A stretch of 64,000 bases of DNA from Coriobacteriales bacterium (GCA_031282405.1 JAITDU010000023.1:911-64910), one strand, 5' to 3'; positions 30,283-41,261 are shown, counted from the first letter of the stretch. Notes: a model not told the origin generated them from the letters alone. A program made the numbers and translations.

Positions 30283-30876
30283 ATGCAGAAGTCAGATAAA
30301 CGCCTTAATGCCAAAGACCTTATCAACATTGGGCTTTTTACAGCAATTTATTTTGTGATCATGTTTGCGGTCGCGTGTCTCGGCTACATACCAATATTCA
30401 TGCCCGCGCTGGCGGCACTTTGCCCGTTGGTGGGAGGTATTCCCTTCATGTTGTTGCTCACCAAGGTGCGCAAGTTCGGCGCAATGCTGATTATGATTGT
30501 GATCCTTGGAATTTTCTACCTGGTCCTGGGTACGTCTCCGTGGACCTTGCCTCTTGGCATCGTAACGGGATTAATCGCTGAACTCATCGTCAGAGCTGGC
30601 AATTATCAAAGTGCGAAGAGAGCCGTGATCGCCTACGGTGTATGGTGCATCGCCATCTTCGGCAACTTTGTACCAACTTTCTTTATGCGCGACGCCTATT
30701 ACGAAAGAATGGTGAGCGGCGGATATGGCCTTGAGTACGCGGATGCGTACATGAGTTATCTGCCAGATTGGATCGCCCCGATTCTTATTGTTGCCTGCTT
30801 CGTATTTGGCTGCCTGGGCGCACTTCTGGGACGCGCAGCCCTCAAAAAGCACTTTATCCGTGCCGGAATAGTTTGA
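30283..30876 (+). CDS. MptD-family putative ECF transporter S component
   Basis: KDLINIGLFTAIYF, GIPFMLLLTKVRKFG, LKKHFIRAGIV. Confidence 0.9.
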   Translation: MQKSDKRLNAKDLINIGLFTAIYFVIMFAVACLGYIPIFMPALAALCPLVGGIPFMLLLTKVRKFGAMLIMIVILGIFYLVLGTSPWTLPLGIVTGLIAELIVRAGNYQSAKRAVIAYGVWCIAIFGNFVPTFFMRDAYYERMVSGGYGLEYADAYMSYLPDWIAPILIVACFVFGCLGALLGRAALKKHFIRAGIV

Positions 30877-31610
30877 TGAGGATGGAACTTCTGCGCGGAG
30901 GATATGCGGAGCAGACCCTGCGCCTTGACCCCCGTATAAAGATGCTCATGGTTGTCACCGTAAGTGTGATTCTCACCGCCGGGGGTTATGGCGGACTGAT
31001 GACTTATATACGCCCAGCATTGGCAGTCCTGCCCCTGCTGTTACTGCTTCTCTCCAAACGCTGGGCTGCGTCATTGCTCTACATACTCTGTTTTGGGTTG
31101 GCCTATTTTGGAGAATACTTCTTGCTCTCGCGCACCTATGGCGTTGTAAACTTCATATTATTGGCGAGCTTCAGCCTGTTCACCCGATTCATGCCGGGAC
31201 TGATGATGGGCTATTTTCTCGTTTCAACTACTACCGTCAGTGAGTTCATGGCTGCCATGCGCAGGATGCATGTAACGGAGAAAATCGCCATTCCTTTGTC
31301 GGTAATGTTCCGTTTCTTCCCTACTGTACGAGAAGAATACTCCGCCATCGGTGACGCGATGCGAATGAGAGGTGTGGTTTTGGCAGGAGGCAAACCGCTG
31401 AAGATGCTGGAATACCGTTTTGTCCCAATGATGATCTGCTCCCTGAAGATTGGCGAAGAACTTTCAACGGCAGCACTGACACGGGGACTTGGCGCACCGG
31501 TGAAGCGCACGAATATATGCTCGATCGGCTTTCGCGCCCAGGATATTGTCCTTCTGCTGTTGTGCCTCGCAAGCCTTGGCGTCTACATACAGTGGCTGTT
31601 TGTACACTAG
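30876..31610 (+). CDS. ECF transporter transmembrane T component
   Basis: LDPRIK, IPLSVMFRFFPT, AMRMRG, SAAALTRGL-type motif; TGATG coupling to the upstream gene. Confidence 0.9.
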   Translation: MRMELLRGGYAEQTLRLDPRIKMLMVVTVSVILTAGGYGGLMTYIRPALAVLPLLLLLLSKRWAASLLYILCFGLAYFGEYFLLSRTYGVVNFILLASFSLFTRFMPGLMMGYFLVSTTTVSEFMAAMRRMHVTEKIAIPLSVMFRFFPTVREEYSAIGDAMRMRGVVLAGGKPLKMLEYRFVPMMICSLKIGEELSTAALTRGLGAPVKRTNICSIGFRAQDIVLLLLCLASLGVYIQWLFVH

Positions 31611-31620
31611 GGAGACAGCG

Positions 31621-33123
31621 ATGATTGAATTGCGCAACGTGACATTCAATTATCGGCAGACCACGTCCGCCAGCAAAGAGAGCGGGCTTAAAAATATTTC
31701 CCTCACGATCAGGCAAGGCGAATGCGTCTTGCTCTGCGGCGAAAGCGGTTGCGGAAAGACGACGCTTGCAAGGTTAATTAATGGGCTGATCCCGCATTTT
31801 TACGAGGGGGAACTCAGCGGCGAAGTGCGTGTGGACGGCAAGCGCCTACCCGATCTGCCCCTTTACGAGACAGCGGGTGTAATCGGTACCGTATTTCAAG
31901 ATCCTCGCAGCCAATTTTTTAATGTGGACACCGCGAGCGAGATTGCATTCGGGCCCGAAAATCTCGGGCTGTCGGAGGCCGAAATAACATCACGTGTGGA
32001 GAAAGTCGCACGAGAGATGCGGATCGAGCACCTCCTGGGACGAAGCATCTTCAAATTATCCGGCGGTCAGAAGCAAAAAATCGCCTGCGCTTCGGTGGCA
32101 GCCTTGTGTCCTGATATCTATGTCCTGGATGAACCGTCGTCAAACCTCGACATGGCGGCAATGACAGATCTACGGCAGCATATCGCCTTGTGGAGATCAC
32201 AGAAAAAAACCATCATTGTCGCCGAGCACCGCCTGCATTATCTACGCGGCCTCTGCGACCGCGTAATTTATATGCGTGCAGGCAGAATTGAGCAAACCTT
32301 CACATGGGAGGAATTGGAAGCACTGCCTTTGCAGAAGCGGACTTCCATGGGGCTGAGAGTGCTTTCGCTTGATGAGCTGAAGCTCAGCCCCTCGGGCACC
32401 GTAGCGCCCCTGACGGATACCTTGGAGTTTTCTGATTTCGTCTACACCTACAAACGCGGCGAGAAGGCACTCGATATCCCCTCCATAAGCCTGCCACGCG
32501 GCGCAGTGATTGCGGTCGTCGGCTTAAACGGTGCGGGCAAATCGACCTTCGCCCGCTGCCTGTGCGGACTTAATAAACACTTCCGTGGCACCTTGACCTT
32601 AGCAGGGCAAAGGCTGCGAAACGGCGCGCGGCGCAGGCAGTGTTTCATGGTCATGCAAGACGTGAATCATCAGCTTTTCACAGAGAGCGTTCTGGATGAA
32701 GTTCTGCTTGGCATGAAGAAAGAGGATAAAGCCGCTGCGGAGGCGATCCTTGACAGTATGGACCTGCTGGATCTCGAAGAGGCACACCCCATGAGCCTTT
32801 CCGGCGGAGAGAAACAGCGTGTCGCCATAGCCACCGCAACTGCAAGCGCGCGGGAAATTATAGTTTTTGACGAACCTACCAGCGGTCTTGATTATACCCA
32901 TATGCGTAGCGTTGCAAGCAACTTGGCACGATTGCAGGAAATGGGCAAAACGCTGTTCGCGATTACCCACGACCCTGAACTGATTATGGCATGCTGCACC
33001 CACGCGATCACTATTGACCGTGGTAAGGCCCAAAACGTCCTTGCGTTAGATGGAGTTGGAAGGCAGGCAATTCTGGCGTTTTTCCTGCGGAAGGAAGGTG
33101 AACGGGATGCTGTACGAGGGTAA
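31621..33123 (+). CDS. ECF transporter duplicated ATPase
   Basis: Two Walker A motifs (GESGCGKT, GLNGAGKS), LSGGQKQ/LSGGEKQ, LDEP/FDEP. Confidence 0.92.
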   Translation: MIELRNVTFNYRQTTSASKESGLKNISLTIRQGECVLLCGESGCGKTTLARLINGLIPHFYEGELSGEVRVDGKRLPDLPLYETAGVIGTVFQDPRSQFFNVDTASEIAFGPENLGLSEAEITSRVEKVAREMRIEHLLGRSIFKLSGGQKQKIACASVAALCPDIYVLDEPSSNLDMAAMTDLRQHIALWRSQKKTIIVAEHRLHYLRGLCDRVIYMRAGRIEQTFTWEELEALPLQKRTSMGLRVLSLDELKLSPSGTVAPLTDTLEFSDFVYTYKRGEKALDIPSISLPRGAVIAVVGLNGAGKSTFARCLCGLNKHFRGTLTLAGQRLRNGARRRQCFMVMQDVNHQLFTESVLDEVLLGMKKEDKAAAEAILDSMDLLDLEEAHPMSLSGGEKQRVAIATATASAREIIVFDEPTSGLDYTHMRSVASNLARLQEMGKTLFAITHDPELIMACCTHAITIDRGKAQNVLALDGVGRQAILAFFLRKEGERDAVRG

Positions 33124-34096
33124 GGTCTTTCTGGGGACTAACATCCACTTGATTATCAGCAACGAACACTGCGAGGTCTACAAGGTTCAAAACAGCACCG
33201 GTGAGGGCTTGATGACCTGCTACCATCTTCTCCCTGGCATTGTAATGATGCACTGCGACATACATATGTTGTATTACCGCTCCGACCTGCAAGCAATGAC
33301 AGAGATGTTCTCCCTCGACCATTGTCGAGAAGGGCGAATGGAATGCCAATTGGTGAGCGGCCCTGTGCTTTATCTTGATGCGGGAAGCGCCCTCGTGCAC
33401 GACAGCGAAGGTTTCCACCCTGATTTTGTCTGCCCGACCTCCCATTTTCACGGACTCACGATTGTCTTTTTTATAGAAGAAGCACAAAGGAGCCTGAAGG
33501 CCATGTTTGATGACTTTGATGTTGATCTGCAAAGCATACGGAACAAATTTTGCGGCGACCGCCCTCCCTTCATCCTGCCAAAGGGGAAACTTCCGGAACA
33601 AATCTTTAACTCGCTTTACGAGGTGGCAGGCGGTGCGGGAACAAGCCTGCATCGGCTAAAAGTGATGGAAATTTTGCTATTGCTGGATGAACTGGATGTT
33701 TCTGAGGTGGCTAAGACGCCCTATTTCTACAAAACACAAGTGGAAAAGGCCAAAGCGATAGAACGCTACCTCTCAGAAAATCTGAGCAGACATCACACGA
33801 TAGAAGATCTCTCCCTTCGTTTTGGCTTTCCTGCAACCTCGATGAAACTATGCTTTAAGGGCGTGTTTGGCAGCAGCATCTATGCCTACGTACGCAACCA
33901 GCGGATGAGCACCGCAGCGATGATGCTGCGCCAGTCACAGGCGCGCGTGACAGATATTGCGGCAGCGGTGGGCTATGAGAACGCGAGTAAGTTTTCCAAA
34001 GCCTTCCGCGCTGTGATGGGCGCATCGCCCAATGAATATCGCAAGCAGTCTGTCGAAAGCGCGATCCAGCAAGCGAAAGAAGGCTCCCATGTTTAA
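33107..34096 (+). CDS. AraC-family regulator (PchR/YbtA-like)
   Basis: HCREGRME; C-terminal FKGVFGSSIYAY..RM..A..L, IAAAVGYENASKFSKAF. Confidence 0.9.
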   Translation: MLYEGKVFLGTNIHLIISNEHCEVYKVQNSTGEGLMTCYHLLPGIVMMHCDIHMLYYRSDLQAMTEMFSLDHCREGRMECQLVSGPVLYLDAGSALVHDSEGFHPDFVCPTSHFHGLTIVFFIEEAQRSLKAMFDDFDVDLQSIRNKFCGDRPPFILPKGKLPEQIFNSLYEVAGGAGTSLHRLKVMEILLLLDELDVSEVAKTPYFYKTQVEKAKAIERYLSENLSRHHTIEDLSLRFGFPATSMKLCFKGVFGSSIYAYVRNQRMSTAAMMLRQSQARVTDIAAAVGYENASKFSKAFRAVMGASPNEYRKQSVESAIQQAKEGSHV

Positions 34097-35834
34097 GAAA
34101 GTGCTGGAGTATACCGGCGCCTACCGCAAAACCACCTACGGTTCGGCAGCCTTGATGTTTCTGGGACTGATAGCTAATGTGCTGCCGTTTTTTCTGGCAT
34201 ACCAGATCATCAAGCCCCTGTTGATAAAAGAGTCCCTCGCGTGGCAAACATCATTGTGGCTCGTTGCGGGAATCGCCCTTTGCGGCGTTCTGCATGCCGT
34301 CCTCTACATAAAGGGCCTAGATCTCTCACATAAAAGCGCGTATAACACGTTAAAGAACCTGCGTATCTCTTTACAGGGAAAACTGGAATCTCAGCCGCTG
34401 GGAACCATCCAAACAAAGGGATCAGGGGCGCTGAAGAAACTGTTTGTAGACGACATCGATGAGATCGAATTACTTTTGGCGCATGCGCTTCCCGAAGGAC
34501 TCGCCAATCTTGCTGTGCCGATACTGATTTATGCGGGGATGTTCGTTGTGGACTGGAAGTTGGCGCTGCTCTCCCTGTGCGCACTGCCCCTGGGAATCAC
34601 CTGCATGGCGGTCATGTATGGCATAGGCATGAAGGAAATGAAAAAGTGGTACGCCGCCGGTAAGAAGATGAATGACACTATTGTCGAATATGTAAACGGC
34701 ATGGAGGTCGTAAAGATCTTCGGACGCGACGGCGACTCTTATCGGCGCTTCGAGGAAGATGTAAGGGCATACCGTGACCTTACTCTCGCCTGGTATAAAG
34801 CCTGTTGGCCGTGGATGGCACTTTACACCAGCATCCTGCCCTGCGTCGCACTGTTCACTTTGCCACTCGGCACACTGTTTGTCCTGAACGGCTTTTCCAG
34901 CCTGCCGGATCTAGTGTTGATTCTCTGCATGGCCTTTTCCGTCGGTCCGTTGTTCCTGAAGGCACTGACATTCATGTCAACCATCCCTCAGATCAACCAT
35001 AAGATTGGTGAATTGGAGAAAACCCTGAACTCAGAGCCCCTTGCGCAAAACGACGGGTCGTTTACGGGCAAAGATCATTCGATAGAGTTTGAGGATGTCT
35101 GTTTTGCCTATGAAGAAGCTGAAGTTCTCCACGGTGTATCGCTGAAGGCCGCCGAAGGATGCCTTGTCGCCTTTGTCGGGGAATCCGGTTCGGGAAAATC
35201 CACGCTGGCAAAATTGCTCGTACATTTCTATGATGTATCGAGCGGCAGCATACGAATAGGCGGACAGGACGTGCGCGACATGAGCCTTGAAGCCTTGAAT
35301 GACGAGATATCCTTTGTCGCGCAGGAGCAGTTCCTGTTCAACATCACTTTGCTGGAAAATATCCGCCTTGGCAGGCCAGGTGCCACCGATGCAGAAGTTC
35401 TCGCTGCTGCCGAAAAGGCGCAGTGTGGCGAATTTCTGGAGCGGCTCGAACAAGGCATATCCACCTTGGCTGGCGACGGCGGCAAGCAACTCTCCGGCGG
35501 GGAGCGGCAGAGGATCAGCCTGGCGCGGGCGATCCTCAAAGACGCGCCAATCATCGTGCTTGACGAGGCGACCGCCTTCATGGATCCCGAAAACGAGGAG
35601 AAGATGAACGACGCCATCGCAGAATTGATCGTTGATAAAACCGTAATCGTCATTGCCCACAGACTGCCCTCTATCATTGACGCCGACCTGATAGCCGTGC
35701 TTGACAAGGGCAATCTTGCGGCGGCGGGTAGACATGCGGAGCTTTTGAGTGGCTGCGCCACATATCAAAAGCTGTGGCAGGCCGCCGAGAGCAGCACCGC
35801 CTGGTCGGTCAGCGTGAAAGGAGAAGCGGACTAA
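34089..35834 (+). CDS. ABC transporter permease/ATPase (YbtP/IrtA-like)
   Basis: Six-TM domain plus GESGSGKS, LSGGERQR, LDEATA. Confidence 0.9.
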   Translation: MFKKVLEYTGAYRKTTYGSAALMFLGLIANVLPFFLAYQIIKPLLIKESLAWQTSLWLVAGIALCGVLHAVLYIKGLDLSHKSAYNTLKNLRISLQGKLESQPLGTIQTKGSGALKKLFVDDIDEIELLLAHALPEGLANLAVPILIYAGMFVVDWKLALLSLCALPLGITCMAVMYGIGMKEMKKWYAAGKKMNDTIVEYVNGMEVVKIFGRDGDSYRRFEEDVRAYRDLTLAWYKACWPWMALYTSILPCVALFTLPLGTLFVLNGFSSLPDLVLILCMAFSVGPLFLKALTFMSTIPQINHKIGELEKTLNSEPLAQNDGSFTGKDHSIEFEDVCFAYEEAEVLHGVSLKAAEGCLVAFVGESGSGKSTLAKLLVHFYDVSSGSIRIGGQDVRDMSLEALNDEISFVAQEQFLFNITLLENIRLGRPGATDAEVLAAAEKAQCGEFLERLEQGISTLAGDGGKQLSGGERQRISLARAILKDAPIIVLDEATAFMDPENEEKMNDAIAELIVDKTVIVIAHRLPSIIDADLIAVLDKGNLAAAGRHAELLSGCATYQKLWQAAESSTAWSVSVKGEAD

Positions 35835-37579
35835 TGATTGCATTAATGAGACGTATCGTCACTTTCGCGGGCAGGTACAAGGGTCGGATCTACCTGGCAC
35901 TGGTGTTTTCCTTTCTGAAATCCCTTCTTTCCAAAGCACCGATCGGACTCGCCTTCTACGTCCTGCTGATGTTTTACGAGGGCAGGCAGTCTCCTGAACT
36001 TTGCCTGACCGTCGCCGCCTCCATGGTCGTCTGCGTACTTTTGCAGATTCTGTTTCAGCATCTGGATAATAAATTGCAATCATCGGCAGGATTTTTGGTT
36101 ATGGCAGAAAAGCGCACGGAACTCGGCGCGCATCTGCGACGCATGAATATGGGATATTTCACAGAAGGCAACATCGGCAAGATCAGCTCGGTACTCTCTA
36201 CGGACATGGCCTTTGTAGAAAACAACTGCATGATGGTGCTGGCAGATCTCATCAGCTACCTGTTTGCTCAGATCATCATGATTGCGTTTCTTCTTTTCTT
36301 CAACATCTGGCTGGGGCTTGTGGCAATCGTCATTTGCCTGGTCGCGCATTTCATCGCCAATAAAATGCACCGGCAAGCACTTGCCGACTCGGCTGCGCGC
36401 CAGGAACAAAACGAGAATCTCACCGAATCGGTGTTGGATTACATCGAGGGAATCGGGATCATCAAGACATACAATCTGCTGGGTGAGAAATCCCGAGAAT
36501 TGACTGACAATTTTCAGAAGACCTGCGACGAAAATCTCATCTTTGAAAAGCATCTTTTGCCTTGGCAGATGTGTCTGAATGTCGTCTTTGCGTTGGGCGC
36601 GGCGCTGATTATCGCACTTGCTACAACACTATACTCAAACACATTGATGAGCGCGATTACGGTGGTCGGCATCCTGCTTTTTGCCTTTGATGTGTTCGCA
36701 CCGCTGAAGACACTGTATGGGCAAAGCATCCGCCTGACAATCATGAACAGCTGTCTCGACCGCCTGGAGGAAGTCTTTGCCGAAGCCGAATTGCCGGACA
36801 GCGGCAAGAGCGCCATCCCGCAGGCCAGCGACGCGCCAGAGATCAGTTTTGAGAATGTCAGCTTTGCTTACGGCGAGAAGGACGTGCTCAGCGGCATATC
36901 CTTTACGCTTGAAAAAGACAGGATGACGGCGCTCGTTGGACCCTCAGGAGGAGGGAAGTCGACAATTGCGAGCCTTCTCCCCCGCTTCTGGGATGCGAAA
37001 AGCGGTTGCATACGTATGCGCGGCATCGATGTGCGCGAAGTACCTCTTAGGGAGCTCATCGCAAACATCAGTATGGTCTTCCAACGGGTCTATCTATTCA
37101 AGGATACGGTTTACAACAATATTGCCTTAGGCAGACCGGATGCGACGGAAGCCGAGATTATCACCGCCGCGAAAAAGGCGCGTTGCTACGACTTTGTCCA
37201 AGCGCTGCCCAACGGCTTTCAGACCATGATAGGCGAAGGCGGCCAGACGCTTTCCGGGGGCGAAAAGCAACGCATCTCCATTGCCCGCTGCATCCTCAAA
37301 GACGCACCGATCGTTATCCTCGACGAAGCAACTGCCAGTGTGGATGCGGACAACGAAAGCTACATACAGGCCGCCATCAGCGAGCTTTGCCGGGGCAAGA
37401 CTCTGCTGGTCATAGCTCATAGGTTAAACACCATTCGCCATGCCGACGAAATTCTCGTCATTGAGAAGGGCAGAGTCGTGCAACAGGGAACCCACGATAA
37501 GCTGATGTGTGAGGCGGGCGTGTACCGCGCGTTTGTGAGCGCCAGAGAAAACAGCCGCGGCTGGAGCCGAAAAAGATAG
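35834..37579 (+). CDS. ABC transporter permease/ATPase (YbtQ/IrtB-like)
   Basis: TM domain plus GPSGGGKS, LSGGEKQR, LDEATA; TAATG coupling. Confidence 0.9.
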   Translation: MIALMRRIVTFAGRYKGRIYLALVFSFLKSLLSKAPIGLAFYVLLMFYEGRQSPELCLTVAASMVVCVLLQILFQHLDNKLQSSAGFLVMAEKRTELGAHLRRMNMGYFTEGNIGKISSVLSTDMAFVENNCMMVLADLISYLFAQIIMIAFLLFFNIWLGLVAIVICLVAHFIANKMHRQALADSAARQEQNENLTESVLDYIEGIGIIKTYNLLGEKSRELTDNFQKTCDENLIFEKHLLPWQMCLNVVFALGAALIIALATTLYSNTLMSAITVVGILLFAFDVFAPLKTLYGQSIRLTIMNSCLDRLEEVFAEAELPDSGKSAIPQASDAPEISFENVSFAYGEKDVLSGISFTLEKDRMTALVGPSGGGKSTIASLLPRFWDAKSGCIRMRGIDVREVPLRELIANISMVFQRVYLFKDTVYNNIALGRPDATEAEIITAAKKARCYDFVQALPNGFQTMIGEGGQTLSGGEKQRISIARCILKDAPIVILDEATASVDADNESYIQAAISELCRGKTLLVIAHRLNTIRHADEILVIEKGRVVQQGTHDKLMCEAGVYRAFVSARENSRGWSRKR

Positions 37580-37694
37580 CATTCAGCCGGGTTCTCCCGT
37601 TAGCTTTTAATAACTTTTAAGGATTCTACCGCCACCAGTTGCGGCCACATCGCCGCCAGATCCTTTTGACTTTGCCACAGAGGGAGTTCGGAGC

Positions 37695-37814
37695 ATGAGT
37701 CCGGAAGAATATATTGCACAACAGCCCGAAGAGCTTCATGGCGCGCTGCATAAGTTGGCGAACGTCATACGCTACAACACAGGACAGCAGAGAGAGGATC
37801 GGCATGATTCCTGA
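37695..37814 (+). pseudogene. Truncated DUF1801/YdhG-like N-terminus
   Basis: MSPEEYIAQQPEELHGALHKLANVIR.. with GAGGGAG RBS; only 39 codons. Confidence 0.45.
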
Positions 37815-38105
37815 AACCATCGTTTACCAGTGGGGAGACACAAACCCGACGAGCAAGCACCATGATGAATTTGAGCATGAGAAATACCTGATTGTTCCGA
37901 AGGAGGACAACCAATGCACAGTCGCCATCATGGAAGTGCCGCCCGGAAAAACGCTTGTCCTTACCACTTTTATATAAGTATTACTGAGGTGTTCTATATC
38001 ATTTCCGGAGAGGGATTGCTTGAGACTCAAGGTAGCGAGTGGCGCGTTGCTGCAGGTGATGTCTTGGTATTTCCGCCGGGTGCAAGCGGCGCACACCTGA
38101 CTTGA
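37804..38105 (+). pseudogene. Frameshifted, truncated cupin-domain gene
   Basis: ..VAIMEVPPGK, then another frame continues CPYHFY..EVFYIISGEG..AGDVLVFPPG..GAH; the shift is at the A-run near 37947. Confidence 0.75.
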
Positions 38106-38152
38106 CCGCTTTTCTCGAATAACTCTCAACCAATTATCAATTGCGCTGGTAG

Positions 38153-38620
38153 ATGCGCTGCCTTATCGTGCAAAACACGAAAAAGATGGTGGTGGAAAGT
38201 ACGTATTCAGAACTGTTGTGGGATGCATTGTCAGTCGTATACGACTCTTTGGGATTTGACAGGCTTGGCGATGAGACCTTCAAACAGCTGGTGCTGTCGC
38301 GCATCATTGAGCCGACAAGCAAGCTGGATACCATTCGGGTGATTGGGGATCTGGGGTTAAAGCCGCCTACGAACTCCCATATCCATAGAACGCTTAGGCG
38401 AGTGGTGAATGCAGGGTATCGCGCTATCTTGTCCGCCGCCTGCTTTGAGCATGCGTTGCCAAAAACTCTTTCACTTCTGCTCTACGATGTCACTACGCTT
38501 TTCTTTGAGATTCAACGCGAGGACGACTACCGCAGGCCGGAGATGAGCAAAGAAAGACGGCTGAAGCCACAGATCACGCTTGGGCTGCTTGTGGCCGACG
38601 ACGGTTTTCCTTTGGAGGTA
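38153..38620 (+). mobile_element. Internal fragment of an IS1634-family transposase
   Basis: LLWDAL..YDSLGFD..DETFKQLVLSRIIEPTSKLD, LYDVTTLFFE, SKERRL.PQI..GLLV..DGFPLEV. Confidence 0.8.
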
Positions 38621-38966
38621 TCATATCGAAGCCGTGGTAGACGGCCTCGGCGCTGGGATAGACCTTGCTTACCGGCACCGGATTTTTGGTCGGCAGGTTG
38701 AACAGCGTCCGCTCGATGGACTGGAGCTGGTTGACACCCGGCTTGCCCAGCCCCTGCATGCCCAATAGGGCAATCTTGAGGCGGGCCGGCTCATGCGAAA
38801 AGCAGGAGCAGATATAGCCGCCGCCATTGCCGTGGGCGATAGAGACCCGCGATTTAGCCCAGCAACGGGCCAAAGCCTTGGTGGTGTGGGCCTTCACGTC
38901 GCACTTCTCCGCAGCCCAAGCCGGCGTCTTAGGCGTACCGTCATCGCCGCCCATGACGTGATACAA
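38620..38966 (-). pseudogene. Internal fragment of a DMSO-reductase-family molybdoenzyme
   Basis: VMGGDDGTPKTPAWAAEKC..KALAR.WA, HEPARL...LLGMQGLGKPG. Confidence 0.7.
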
Positions 38967-39196
38967 AGATTATACGGAGAAGGAGCAAGGTGGTTCAATG
39001 ATCAGTTTGAAGCTGGTTATCGCAGCCTGCTGCCCAGAGATCGCTGACTGTACAACTTTTGTTCACACAAAACCTGATGTGTCCAACTACCTTAGACATA
39101 AACGCATTTCTGTATGATTTTTTGGACGGTTTAACATGTGTATAATGGTAGCGTTGAACAAATGGTGCCGATTGAACGTGAGAGGAGACGGGCACT

Positions 39197-39826
39197 ATGA
39201 TCAACGAGACTGTTTCGCAGGAAGCTGTGCTGTCTAGATCATTCCGCACCAAAATTAGAATCGCCCAGGCGTTGAATAGCCTTTGCGAACAGACGCCCTA
39301 TCTGAAGATCTCAGCTGAGGCTATTGCCAAGAAAGCCGACATCAGTCGCAGTGGCTTCTATCACCATTTTGCCGACAAAGATGCCATCGTCCAATGGCTG
39401 ACGTCGATGTTCTACTCCTATGGTGTAGACCAGATTGGTCGTTCGCTTACCTGGTTTGAGAGCTACCTGGCCACCACACGCAGCTTCATGCACTTTCGAT
39501 CATTGTTTGTCAGCGAGCCGGAGAATGTCAGTTACAGCTCCGGGCGTTCCTTTTACATCAGGCACCGCCTACAAACCCTGCGCGAGACCCTGACACAGTA
39601 CAAGCATCTGGATATCAGCGATTTGCTGGCCTTTCAGATAGAGGCCCTGGTGCACACCGAGGTAGCCATGACCAGCAAGTATTTTGATCAGATGGACTGC
39701 ACGCTCAAGCAGTTTTGTGACATGATGGAAACTGCCGTACCTCGCGAACTGCACGACATCTTGGCCGAGCCAGAGGAACACGTCCTGCTCAAGGGCGACT
39801 TCTGGATCTCCAGTGGCATGAGCTGA
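39197..39826 (+). CDS. TetR/AcrR family regulator
   Basis: IAKKADISRSGFYHHFADK; GAGGAG RBS. Confidence 0.9.
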   Translation: MINETVSQEAVLSRSFRTKIRIAQALNSLCEQTPYLKISAEAIAKKADISRSGFYHHFADKDAIVQWLTSMFYSYGVDQIGRSLTWFESYLATTRSFMHFRSLFVSEPENVSYSSGRSFYIRHRLQTLRETLTQYKHLDISDLLAFQIEALVHTEVAMTSKYFDQMDCTLKQFCDMMETAVPRELHDILAEPEEHVLLKGDFWISSGMS

Positions 39827-39861
39827 GCAATGTAGGTTCAACTCCAGGCGGCCGATGGTGC

Positions 39862-41130
39862 TTATTCCACCGGCCCAGCCTCGGCCATCTTCTCCTGCAT
39901 CAACTTGCCCTTCAAGCCGAGTTCGGGCACAAAGAGGAAAACGACAGCAGACGCGATTACAAAAACAGCACAAAGCACGAAGAAAATCTCGGTCACGCTG
40001 GAACCGTCAGCGCCGAGCGACAGCGGCGTGAAGAGGAAAGATGGTATCAGATAAGCACCAAGATTCTGGAAGAAGGTCTGGATGCCGCCGGCAGTACCGA
40101 GGAACTGCTTGGGAAGCGTTGGGATCAGACCAACAGAACCCTTTACCAAACCGATATTGCCCCACTGAATAAATGCACCGACCATAATCAAAGGCAGAGT
40201 GTATGCGCCAAGTGGAAGCATCCAGCCGATAATCAGGAAAACTGACCCAACCACAGCCATGGTGATAAAGACTGGCTTAATCCGCTTGATTTTGTCAGCC
40301 AGAGGACCCGCAATCCAGTTTGAGGGCATGCCGACAATGTTTAGTATGGAAGCCCAAATTGCGGCATCAGCCGGGTTCACGCCCTTGCCTATGAAGACCA
40401 CAGGAACGTTTCCGGCATAGGACGCGCTTGATGCCATAGTAAGCACCATTGCCAGGGAGACAAGAATAAGGATTTTGTTGGTACAAACGGTCTTAATAGC
40501 TTTTGCAGAATAATCATCTTTTATCGTCACATAGTCCTTTGGCATCCTGGCAAAGGCAAACCAGACAACGCAGGCAGCTGCAAAAACAACAGAGGTAGCA
40601 GTGAACATTGCTGTCGGGTCAGTTGGGAACAACGCGCCGGCAAAATACATCAGGCTTACAACGCCAATGCCGGCACCAGAAACATATAAGGTCATGCCGG
40701 TAGACATAGTGTGCTTGAACCACGGCTGGAGAAACTTGACCGAGTTGGCGTTCATGCCAGCAAGACCGGTGCCGATCAAGAAGCTGAACACGAATACCAG
40801 GGGGAAGCTCTCGGCCTGAGTGGCAAAGACGCGAGCAACGCTGGACACGAACGCAATGACCATTGCGATGCCCAAGACCTTGGTAACGCCGAACCTATCG
40901 GCAAGAATACCAGCCGGGATAGACATGATTGCGCCGGCCAGAAAACTACACATAGTCAGTTGAACGAAGGCACCCGGAGATACGCCCCATCCACCGATGA
41001 TAATCTCAGAGTATGCCCCTGGCAGTACCGCAGAACCCATGCAGATTGCATGCATGAGCAGGATGCAGAGTACTGCAATCCAGCGTTTGGGGGAAAGTTC
41101 TTCCAGTTGATACTTTGCTGATTCAGCCAT
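39862..41130 (-). CDS. MFS transporter
   Basis: About 12 hydrophobic segments, GILADRFG motif A. Confidence 0.9.
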   Translation of the reverse strand: MAESAKYQLEELSPKRWIAVLCILLMHAICMGSAVLPGAYSEIIIGGWGVSPGAFVQLTMCSFLAGAIMSIPAGILADRFGVTKVLGIAMVIAFVSSVARVFATQAESFPLVFVFSFLIGTGLAGMNANSVKFLQPWFKHTMSTGMTLYVSGAGIGVVSLMYFAGALFPTDPTAMFTATSVVFAAACVVWFAFARMPKDYVTIKDDYSAKAIKTVCTNKILILVSLAMVLTMASSASYAGNVPVVFIGKGVNPADAAIWASILNIVGMPSNWIAGPLADKIKRIKPVFITMAVVGSVFLIIGWMLPLGAYTLPLIMVGAFIQWGNIGLVKGSVGLIPTLPKQFLGTAGGIQTFFQNLGAYLIPSFLFTPLSLGADGSSVTEIFFVLCAVFVIASAVVFLFVPELGLKGKLMQEKMAEAGPVE

Positions 41131-41261
41131 TTTTCTCCTCACCTCGTTGTGGTTAACTAGTTGTCATTCCTTGCATATGTCTTTGATCCGTTCATTCGTC
41201 CATCGACTTATCTCAAGAGGATGTCAGGCAGAGACATGCGCCTCTGCCTGGATGTTTAGAT

